DNA of 64,000 bases from a virus (lineage: Duplodnaviria; Caudoviricetes), in the IMG/VR virus record IMGVR_UViG_2667527664_000002, positions 15,911 through 79,910 of that record; one strand, given 5' to 3'. Positions within the stretch are counted from its first letter, which is position 1, and the number at the start of each line of letters is the position of its first letter. Positions 28,028-36,710 of this stretch are shown here, in pieces. The position numbers were made by a program, and so were the translations under genes. Below the pieces are notes generated by a model. That model saw only the letters and a list, made by a program, of their open reading frames with translations. It was not told where the DNA came from and made no database searches.

Positions 28028-28344
28028 AGTAAGCAATAAAAAAAGGAGTACCAGTTGGTTTTGGTACTCCCTAATGGAAATTGTATGCCATATTTTTTAT
28101 TTTTTAATAACTTTTATTGTATTCTATTCATAGAGGTATCATATATACCAGTATACTATTGAAAATCTGTAATCCAAGTAAGCCTTCTATCTTCTATGTG
28201 GAGAGCACACTTTAAGGGATAATAATTAAAAAGGACTATAACCCATTTAGTTCCTTATATATTAACCGAAATTTCTGCTCATTCATTAATTATTATCCCT
28301 ACATTATATATATGAATGTTTTACAACTTTGTTATATATTTTTA

Positions 28345-29223
28345 TTATTTTTTTATAACTTGTACTTGTATTCCTTCCATAGGTTTACCATATATACCTG
28401 CATAATCATTTAAATCTATAACCCAAGGAAGCCATCTACTTCCAACGTATGCTCTATATTGAATACTATAGTTATCTAATCCAATTAATTGCATTTCTAA
28501 AGCATCTATATTTTTACTTAATATACCAGCATAATCCTGTCTATCAGTAACCCAAGGAAGCCATTTACCATCTATTGTATGAACTCTGTATCTTATAGAA
28601 CCTTTACTTAAATTAGCATACACCCCTTGCATGGGTTTACCATATATACCAGCATAATCTTCTAAATTAACTACATTAGGAAGCCATTTACCTTTTGCAT
28701 AGACTTGATAAGTTACATCAATATCTGTATTTATAGTGACACTTTCAGAGCTTCCAACTAATCTATTTTTAAAATTCCACCATCTAGCCCAATTATTATC
28801 ATGAAAAGCAGATGGACAATCTTTTCTAGATGCATCATAGTGTCTTACAACATGATCTGAATCTATACCATATTTATTCATAAGATGTTTTGTTAACACT
28901 AAAGTATTTTCTACTGTTTTTTCTGAGATTCTTCCGTTATCAGTCCCACACATTTCTATAGCTATAGAATTTCTATTATTTATACCATATCTATTATTAC
29001 CATCTCCACAATGCCAAGCACCGTTATATTCTTCTACCACTTGATATATTTCATTATCATCTACAAAATAATGTGCTGATGCATTTCTATTACCTCCATA
29101 GAAATAATCAGCATTATTCTTTGCAGTGTCGTTTATGTTGCCAGTATAATGTATTACAATATACTCTACGTTATTTCCTTCATAGTGATTATATGGACTT
29201 ATTTTTCTTTTTATATTTAACAT
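28345..29223 (-). CDS. Endolysin, N-acetylmuramoyl-L-alanine amidase (Amidase_2) with repeated cell-wall-binding domains
   Basis: IVIHYTG, SAHYFVD, AWHCG, HYD...K.CP; WLPWV...DYAG repeats. Confidence 0.95.
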   Translation of the reverse strand: MLNIKRKISPYNHYEGNNVEYIVIHYTGNINDTAKNNADYFYGGNRNASAHYFVDDNEIYQVVEEYNGAWHCGDGNNRYGINNRNSIAIEMCGTDNGRISEKTVENTLVLTKHLMNKYGIDSDHVVRHYDASRKDCPSAFHDNNWARWWNFKNRLVGSSESVTINTDIDVTYQVYAKGKWLPNVVNLEDYAGIYGKPMQGVYANLSKGSIRYRVHTIDGKWLPWVTDRQDYAGILSKNIDALEMQLIGLDNYSIQYRAYVGSRWLPWVIDLNDYAGIYGKPMEGIQVQVIKK

Positions 29224-29399
29224 CTTGATACCTCCAAAATTTATATTTGTATATTTTAAAAGGCAATAAAAAAAGACTTCAAAGAGTCTAATTAACCGCC
29301 TTTTGTTTAACTTGATTTAAAATTATTATTAATTTATATATAATTTACAAATAATTTATATATAAATTTTGTAAACTTTATTATTAAATTTTTTATAAA

Positions 29400-29618
29400 T
29401 TATTTATTATCTTTTAAGCCTTTTGTTGAAGGGTCTACAACTACACCAACTAATGCTGCTATAACAGCTACAACAGCAACTGGATTAGCTAATATACTCA
29501 ACAAAGCTTCTCCTAATAAGTTCCAACTTGTTAAAGTTTTAAAATCAATTCCAGCTGATGAAAATATAACTCCACCTAAACCTAACCAAAAATATGGATT
29601 TTTTAATCTACTTTTCAT
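29400..29618 (-). CDS. Holin (phiLC3-like)
   Basis: RLKNPYFW...GVVVDPSTKGL.D. Confidence 0.85.
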   Translation of the reverse strand: MKSRLKNPYFWLGLGGVIFSSAGIDFKTLTSWNLLGEALLSILANPVAVVAVIAALVGVVVDPSTKGLKDNK

Positions 29619-29928
29619 ATATAATCTCTCCTTTTGTTTTTTCTATTGTATCTATTCTGTGATGTGCTGATTTAGTGCTTTCTTCAACTTTTATAAGCCT
29701 TTCTATGACATTACTTATTTTTGTATCTTGAGCTTTTATATCAAGCCTTATATCATCAACTCCTTTACTTATGTAATCTAACTTTGTAGCAACTACTGTT
29801 TTTTGTGATGCATCATCTTCTATATCTTTTTCATTCTTCTTTTTATAACTCATATAGCCTAGCATGGCACCAGCTATAGTACAGAGCAAAGTAATCTCTA
29901 TGTTCATATATCCTCCTAAAAATTGCAT
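29608..29928 (-). CDS. Lysis-associated membrane protein (TM plus coiled coil)
   Basis: KLDYI.KGVDDI...VEESTKSAHHRID. Confidence 0.75.
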   Translation of the reverse strand: MQFLGGYMNIEITLLCTIAGAMLGYMSYKKKNEKDIEDDASQKTVVATKLDYISKGVDDIRLDIKAQDTKISNVIERLIKVEESTKSAHHRIDTIEKTKGEIIYEK

Positions 29929-29962
29929 AAAAATAGAACTATCTTTTATAGTCCTTCATTAT

Positions 29963-30148
29963 TTATTGTCTATCTTCAGTTATCTTTATCGGTAAATTAC
30001 TAGTAGGCTTGTCATAATCTTCGCCAGTTATTTCTTTAAACTGTTCTTTTGATATTCTTTCAGCTTCAACAAATAACCTAACATCATCAACCTTATATAT
30101 TTTTAAATCAAAATATTTCTTTGCCATTTCAAAATACCATTTATCCAT
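29963..30148 (-). CDS. xkdX: XkdX family protein
   Basis: K.YFDL.IY...V..FV...IS.EQF.EITGEDY. Confidence 0.85.
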   Translation of the reverse strand: MDKWYFEMAKKYFDLKIYKVDDVRLFVEAERISKEQFKEITGEDYDKPTSNLPIKITEDRQ

Positions 30149-30677
30149 TTAAATTACCTCCTAATGATTTTAATATTAGATTAGCAACATCTTTTTCTAT
30201 GCCTTTAACTTGTATATCTTTATTAACTAAATTTAAAGTTGTTTGAGCCATATTAGTATTTAAATTATTTATTTCAATATCTTTGTTAATTGATTTTAAA
30301 GTTGCTTGTGCTAAGTTTATATTTAATTCTTTAATTTGAATATCTTTTTCTAGACTTTCTTTTATTAAAAATGCATTTTGTTTTTCTAATAAATCAGTTC
30401 TAGTTTGTTTTGGCTTCTTATATTCAAAAGGAATTATTTCAAATATATCTTTATCTTCAATTGTATAAAGTTCTTTTAGTTCGAAGTTTTCTTTTAATTT
30501 AAAATCATTTGTTAAAGACCTTAGATATTCCCATAATTGTTGATTAATCATTATATTAGGGCTATGAACAATTTCATTATATTCATCTAAATAGAATCCA
30601 TTAAAAGTAAAACTATCTTCTTTATAATGTAAATAAATTTTCACTTTAGAACCTCCTATCTTCCAATTGCAATCCAT
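30141..30677 (-). CDS. Tail fibre-associated protein
   Basis: Between the receptor-binding protein and xkdX; C-terminal coiled-coil repeats. Confidence 0.55.
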   Translation of the reverse strand: MDCNWKIGGSKVKIYLHYKEDSFTFNGFYLDEYNEIVHSPNIMINQQLWEYLRSLTNDFKLKENFELKELYTIEDKDIFEIIPFEYKKPKQTRTDLLEKQNAFLIKESLEKDIQIKELNINLAQATLKSINKDIEINNLNTNMAQTTLNLVNKDIQVKGIEKDVANLILKSLGGNLNG

Positions 30678-33331
30678 TGAATTCTTACATCTTTACCATT
30701 TTCATTTTTACTCTCAAAGTCTAAAGCTTCTGCATATGCACGTGTTAAGTTATCACCTACTACACTTCCTGTTGCTTCACAATATCCTCCGTAATTATTT
30801 GATGCTACATTACCTGTACAGTGTGCATATTCAGAAAATGCTATAGGATAGTATAAATACCCCTTAGCCCTATAACCGTCAAATCTTATTAATGTGCTTC
30901 CCCATTGTATTATTGTTCCATTAGGGAATTTTTGATAACCATTAGACTGACCATTCTTACCTTCAAAATCTGCATTAGTTGGTGTTTTTTTCCAATCCCA
31001 CCAATTACCTGAATAGTTTTTCAATCTAGTATAAACTTCCCCATTAACATTAGTAAATCTTTGCATTAGTTCAGTATCATTAGTATGAAATACTTCTAAT
31101 GCTCCATATATATTTCCACTGTACGGAGCATTTGGAATAGAACTTCCTTCTTTAAAAACATAATATCGACCTTCTTCTAAAGATGTATTAAAATCTGTAA
31201 CACTTCCTACATTTTTTAAATCATATCTTTCATCGTGATTATGAGATATAAAATCAAACATAAGCTTTAATAAAGTATCATCAACATTTTCAATTTTTTC
31301 AGTTATTGAGTTATCTGAAGATACAAAAGAAGAAGGAATATAATATTCTACTCCTGGATCTATTGCACCACTATTTATTGACAGTAAAGTTTGAGGATTA
31401 AAAGATATAGTCGATATATCTAAGCATTCATAAATTTCCTCTTGTTGTAATTGATAAACAACTGTAATCGGATTATTATGGAGCCAATTTTTCAATGTAG
31501 ATATATCTGAACACTTATCTTTTTTTAATCTTATATAAATTCTAGAATTAGTTATTGAACCACTAATACTTTCTTTATTGTTAGAATCTCCCCAGGCATC
31601 TCCAATATAACTTAAATTATTTGCTAAAAGATTTGTTAATCCAATTTTTTTGCCAGGAACATCTATATTAGCTCTTATATATCCAACAGGTCTATCAACT
31701 TCAATAGACCAATTCTCATCACTTGAGCCATCAAAGGTTATTACTGATATTAATTTATGTAATAAATATTTATTACAATACTTTTCTACTACTGAATCTT
31801 TTACACTTCCTAAACTTCTTAAAATAGGTTTTTTCCATATCTTAGATTTAGAATCATAATATAAAAGGTTTCTTTTACTTTCTTCGTGACGTAGATAGCT
31901 AGGAGTTTTTTTATTAATACTAAGTTCTATATTTCTAACCTTGATATGATTATTATCAACCTTTACGAATTCGCATCCTTTGAAAAAGGTAGTATTTAAA
32001 TAACCTATTTGTTCAACAGGAATTAAAACCTTATCGTCTTTAACATCTCCATTTATTCCTATCAAAAATTTCCAATTGCTTAAATCAAATTTAGATAAGT
32101 CTAAAACCATATTCGGAGTCATATCTGTTATTTGCTGATAGTTATCGTTAACAAATCCCATATATAAACTACAATTATTATTACCTGTTGTCCTGAAATG
32201 GTAATATCCATCAGCTTCAAGTTTAGAACTTAATAATTTTTCATCAAATAAATTTAAATTACTACTCTTTAATGATATATTGTCTACTCCATCTCCAACC
32301 GATTTAAGGCCTTCAAAATAATCATTTATTTTCTCATTTCCTTCAACTAGAACAATCTTTACATTTTTTACATCATCCAAAGTAAACTTTTGATCTCCGT
32401 TTGGATATAGATGAAGAAATGAATTTCCTATCTCCGATAGAGATGTAAAAGTACCTTCTGGACTTTTAGTTATTTTTGGAGCTGTTAAATGAAACCAATG
32501 AGAATTACATTTTTGAGGTAATCCAAATAATTTATAACTATAATTTGTATTAGGATTTATTGGTAAATCACTTAAGTAAATTGAATAATAAGCATTTACC
32601 CCTAAGTTTTCTCCACTTCCTCCTAACACCCATTTAGAAGGATTCAAAGGTATTATATTAAATAATGTTTTACCAGTTAACTTTAAATTTTGTATATATC
32701 CATTTGAACTATCTGTTATAACATTATTTCCAGTTACCTTTTTACCACCGTTAGAAACTATATTATTGGCTTGCTCTAAAACTCTTTCTAGTTCTTTTAC
32801 ATTAATTTTAGCTTCTGTATTTTGGCCTTCTAATTTATCTTTATTTGCTACTAAATCCTCTAACGGAGCAAGTTCTTTCTTAAATTTATCTAGTTCTTTT
32901 TTAGCTTGGCCAACATATCTATCAAGCTTTTCTAAAGTACATATATCTGTAATAGATTCTATAGCCTTATCAGACCCTACTTTTTCTCTTACTTCAAATA
33001 AAAATGTAGCTGTTGTTACTTGTCCAGTAGATGATTTTAATTCTAATTCAGCATAAGTTAATCCACTTGCTGTTAATGCTTGATTTTTTACATTTATTTT
33101 AACTTCATCATCTTGAATAGTTATATTATCTTCTTGATATACTATAGTTCCATCTGATTTCTTTACGAACATTTTAATTTTTTCGCCCTCAAAATGATAA
33201 GGAAGTCCATTTTTATATAAAGATGCATAAAAAATAGCAGTGTCATACTGCTTTAATCTAAATTTAGGTATATGGTCTTCTCTTTCTATATCTAACTTAA
33301 AATGAAAGTTATTTACTGCCAATACTATCAC
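30656..33331 (-). CDS. BppU-type baseplate/receptor-binding tail fibre
   Basis: N-terminal BppU-like segment; C-terminal GYQKFPNGTIIQWG...WIAIG. Confidence 0.8.
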   Translation of the reverse strand: MIVLAVNNFHFKLDIEREDHIPKFRLKQYDTAIFYASLYKNGLPYHFEGEKIKMFVKKSDGTIVYQEDNITIQDDEVKINVKNQALTASGLTYAELELKSSTGQVTTATFLFEVREKVGSDKAIESITDICTLEKLDRYVGQAKKELDKFKKELAPLEDLVANKDKLEGQNTEAKINVKELERVLEQANNIVSNGGKKVTGNNVITDSSNGYIQNLKLTGKTLFNIIPLNPSKWVLGGSGENLGVNAYYSIYLSDLPINPNTNYSYKLFGLPQKCNSHWFHLTAPKITKSPEGTFTSLSEIGNSFLHLYPNGDQKFTLDDVKNVKIVLVEGNEKINDYFEGLKSVGDGVDNISLKSSNLNLFDEKLLSSKLEADGYYHFRTTGNNNCSLYMGFVNDNYQQITDMTPNMVLDLSKFDLSNWKFLIGINGDVKDDKVLIPVEQIGYLNTTFFKGCEFVKVDNNHIKVRNIELSINKKTPSYLRHEESKRNLLYYDSKSKIWKKPILRSLGSVKDSVVEKYCNKYLLHKLISVITFDGSSDENWSIEVDRPVGYIRANIDVPGKKIGLTNLLANNLSYIGDAWGDSNNKESISGSITNSRIYIRLKKDKCSDISTLKNWLHNNPITVVYQLQQEEIYECLDISTISFNPQTLLSINSGAIDPGVEYYIPSSFVSSDNSITEKIENVDDTLLKLMFDFISHNHDERYDLKNVGSVTDFNTSLEEGRYYVFKEGSSIPNAPYSGNIYGALEVFHTNDTELMQRFTNVNGEVYTRLKNYSGNWWDWKKTPTNADFEGKNGQSNGYQKFPNGTIIQWGSTLIRFDGYRAKGYLYYPIAFSEYAHCTGNVASNNYGGYCEATGSVVGDNLTRAYAEALDFESKNENGKDVRIQWIAIGR

Positions 33332-36008
33332 CTTCTTTTTCTGTATATAATCTCCAATACTCTTTATTTTCGATAATATTATTATTTAAATCATTTTCTT
33401 TTAAAGCATCTAGAAATACTTCTTTATTTCTTTCTTCTTCAAATCCTTGTCTTTTAGCTGTTACAACATATTTAAAGGTAAAATCTTTTCTATCTGATTC
33501 AACTATAAAATAATCTTTTGTTTGTTCTTTTATTCTGTAATCTCCCCAGCCTTGCTTTATTATTTCAACTGTATAATCTAAATCAAGATTAACACTATCT
33601 TTAAATATATTATCTAATAGAACTACTCTTTCATATGTAACTTTATTATTATTATGTTTAACTTCATCTACAGTTAATAAATGCATACCTCTATCTGTTA
33701 AATAACTTTCGCAATCCTCTACACTATAGAATAATCTTTCTCCATAATGTTTAGTTTTTTGAACACAGTTTTTATTTCCATTTACAGTAAAGTCTCCATT
33801 AACATGTATTCCATTATCTGCATAAAACTTCAATTTAGAAACTAGATTATTAGTTGTTGAAGTAAATAAGGCATCATTACCATTTTTCCAAAAACTAAAT
33901 CCATTTTCTGTAGAAAATGATGCATATATTTGAGAACCATCCCATAATTTACAATGACCACTTTTAAAAGATGCATATTTATAATCACGTCCAGCAAAAT
34001 AAGTTTCATAAGGACTTGAATTAAAATATGCGGCATCAGTATTTAAATCATATAGCCAAAAACTTTCATTTCCTAATTTCATTTTCCATTTAAGATTACT
34101 TCCAATAACTCCCCAGTAATTAGTTGCTTTATTTATAAAATTATTACCATCAGTAGATCTATATATTTCATTTAAACCATCTTTATCTAAAACTAACCCC
34201 CATCCATTCATACACATTTTTTCATAAACCATAATAGGATAGGGAGCATTTCCTGTTAAATTATATTTATCGAATTTTATATAAAAAGGATATGAATTAG
34301 AAGTATTTTTATCTTCGTAAGCTATTCCAGAATAACCATCTGTTGAATTCGATAAAATTATTCCTGGAATTTCAGTACCTGTTATTCTTCCTGAAAAAAT
34401 TTCTCCTATATGTTTACCTATTCCATCCCAATCATAAAACTTAAGCATATTGCCTGCTAATTCCACAGCTTTAATTCCATTTTTTAAAAACTTAACTCCA
34501 TTTGTACCAGATAAATCAATTTGTAAGCTTCCATCCCTATTTTGAATCATTATTGTACTAAGTATACCAGTTGCTATTAAACTAGCGTTTATAACTCCAT
34601 TGATTGTAAATCCATAACTATATTTTCCGTAATATCCAGTTTGGCTAAATGCAAGGCCATTTTTATTAAGTTTTACAACATTTTGAGCTAAATTTAAATC
34701 CTTATTATCAGCTACTATAATTTCATTTTGTCTAGGAATCACATAACTGTCTTTAATTCCTGAGTTTATCATACTTTGGATAATATCTTGTACGTTATTA
34801 TTTTTAGTATCTTTTATTATAGAGTTTAGCTCTGCTAATATATCCGAAGTAGTTATAGACTTTTGACTTATATCTGTATTTGATAATTCAATTTCTATAG
34901 TTCTTTGTCTTAAAACATCATATTTCTTTCTAATACATCTAACATTAACATGTACTTTATGTTTTTCTTCATAAACATTGACTGTATCACCTAAATAGAC
35001 TCTTTCAGCTTGAACATAGTTTTTATATTCCTCTGTATATTCAAGTTGTACAAAATTAATTTTATACGATGCCCTTAATTCATCTATATGCTTTTGTGTA
35101 AACTCTAACTTTGCTAGTCTCTTAAGTTCTTCTTGTGCTTCTTTAAGTGTTTTAAATCCTTCATCAGGATTTTTTTCGTCTCTTACTTTCACAGATTCAT
35201 ATTTAATTTCTTTTGTCTTAACAGCACTATATTTCTTTATAAGAGGACTATCTATATATCCATCTATAGTTATACCATCAAATCCAGTTGGCTTAATTCT
35301 AGTACATACATTATCTATATCTGTTTTAGCTTCAAATCCAGTTAGATTTTTTCTAGAACGTATTTGAACACCTCTATCTGCTCCTATTCTTTTATTTAAA
35401 GAAACAGTATAACCTCTTCTTAACGTTTCTCCACCCCATCTATTTATAAAAGATTGATCACAATCATATATAGCTTGATATACATTCATTTTCATATAAT
35501 AAGCTGTATTAATCTTTTCTATATCTGAAAAGAGTTGTATATCTTTCTTACCTATTGATTTTTGTCTTAATATTGATAATGCACCTTGCCCACTAGTATC
35601 TGTTGGTCTAGTATCCTCAATCCACATATCAAGCATTTCAGATATTGTAATTTGTCTAGCAAATACTTTTACGTCTCTACTACTTCTATTTACTTTAGCT
35701 ATTCTAAAATATTCATTTCCATAGTCTAACTGTACCTTAATAATAGCTTCCTCAATTAAAGATTCATGAAGTCCTTCTTTATCTATCAAAGAAACTAAAT
35801 CTAAATAATACTCACCAGTTAAAAGATGTTCATCTGTTTTAGCCTCTATTATTATATTATCAAGTATCTTATCCCCATTTGAATAAATAACTTCATCTGG
35901 ATTTGCATTTTGATTAAAGATACATACTTTTACTATTTTTCTATTACTCATAATATATATACTCCTATTTAAATGCTGTCCTTGGTAGTATCTCAATTTT
36001 AGATACAT
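33309..36008 (-). CDS. Tail spike/Tal-like minor structural protein
   Basis: FINRWGGE, KNLTG, VYLGDTV motifs; follows Dit. Confidence 0.85.
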   Translation of the reverse strand: MYLKLRYYQGQHLNRSIYIMSNRKIVKVCIFNQNANPDEVIYSNGDKILDNIIIEAKTDEHLLTGEYYLDLVSLIDKEGLHESLIEEAIIKVQLDYGNEYFRIAKVNRSSRDVKVFARQITISEMLDMWIEDTRPTDTSGQGALSILRQKSIGKKDIQLFSDIEKINTAYYMKMNVYQAIYDCDQSFINRWGGETLRRGYTVSLNKRIGADRGVQIRSRKNLTGFEAKTDIDNVCTRIKPTGFDGITIDGYIDSPLIKKYSAVKTKEIKYESVKVRDEKNPDEGFKTLKEAQEELKRLAKLEFTQKHIDELRASYKINFVQLEYTEEYKNYVQAERVYLGDTVNVYEEKHKVHVNVRCIRKKYDVLRQRTIEIELSNTDISQKSITTSDILAELNSIIKDTKNNNVQDIIQSMINSGIKDSYVIPRQNEIIVADNKDLNLAQNVVKLNKNGLAFSQTGYYGKYSYGFTINGVINASLIATGILSTIMIQNRDGSLQIDLSGTNGVKFLKNGIKAVELAGNMLKFYDWDGIGKHIGEIFSGRITGTEIPGIILSNSTDGYSGIAYEDKNTSNSYPFYIKFDKYNLTGNAPYPIMVYEKMCMNGWGLVLDKDGLNEIYRSTDGNNFINKATNYWGVIGSNLKWKMKLGNESFWLYDLNTDAAYFNSSPYETYFAGRDYKYASFKSGHCKLWDGSQIYASFSTENGFSFWKNGNDALFTSTTNNLVSKLKFYADNGIHVNGDFTVNGNKNCVQKTKHYGERLFYSVEDCESYLTDRGMHLLTVDEVKHNNNKVTYERVVLLDNIFKDSVNLDLDYTVEIIKQGWGDYRIKEQTKDYFIVESDRKDFTFKYVVTAKRQGFEEERNKEVFLDALKENDLNNNIIENKEYWRLYTEKEGDSIGSK

Positions 36009-36693
36009 TACCTACCCAACTAATTTTATTATTACCTCTTGTTAATACAAGGAAATGTCCTATCATATCTCTATTTTTACTTAATCTATCTTTATCTGTG
36101 CATTCTAAAAGCTTACTATCTAACTCCACATAATCATTAATATTATTGATTATAATAGTATTTGAGTTTATAGTAAGTTGTACATTACCTTGACCGAATA
36201 TTTTTATATTGCATTCTCCTGGTACTGTTCCTAAGTAGAATATATTAGCTCCTGAATTTAAAACTATAGTGGTTTCATTTGCTAAATATCTAAACGGATC
36301 ACATATAAATTCTATTTCTATTGAACACATATGCATTGTAGGCTCTGTCTTTTTAGAAAGACTTTTTATTAGATATTTAAAGTTACAGTTTGTAAAACAA
36401 ATTAGTTCTTTACCTATAGAATTATCAATCCATTCTTCAACATCAAATATTCTACTATAAAAGCTTTCAAGAGATTCCTTGGATCTACGTTTTAAATCAA
36501 ATCCAAAACGTAACTTTCTATCTTGATAAGTACCTTTTCTTTCTGTTAGTGTTCCACTTCTACCTTCTACTGGAGTATGTTCTACATCTTCATTTATACT
36601 TTCTATATCCATTAAATACATATTTAACCCTAAGCTATAGAAAGAGTTTATACCATCTATTTGAATATATGCTTTAATAAGTATCACCCCCAT
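35965..36693 (-). CDS. Distal tail protein (Dit)
   Basis: VEGRSG.L and F.CDPFRY motifs; follows tape measure. Confidence 0.85.
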   Translation of the reverse strand: MGVILIKAYIQIDGINSFYSLGLNMYLMDIESINEDVEHTPVEGRSGTLTERKGTYQDRKLRFGFDLKRRSKESLESFYSRIFDVEEWIDNSIGKELICFTNCNFKYLIKSLSKKTEPTMHMCSIEIEFICDPFRYLANETTIVLNSGANIFYLGTVPGECNIKIFGQGNVQLTINSNTIIINNINDYVELDSKLLECTDKDRLSKNRDMIGHFLVLTRGNNKISWVGNVSKIEILPRTAFK

Positions 36694-36710
36694 AATATAA
36701 AAAGGATTCC

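Noticed and set aside
30656-33331. Diversity-generating retroelement or invertible tail-fibre cassette
   Set aside because: No reverse transcriptase, template repeat or nearby invertase seen.
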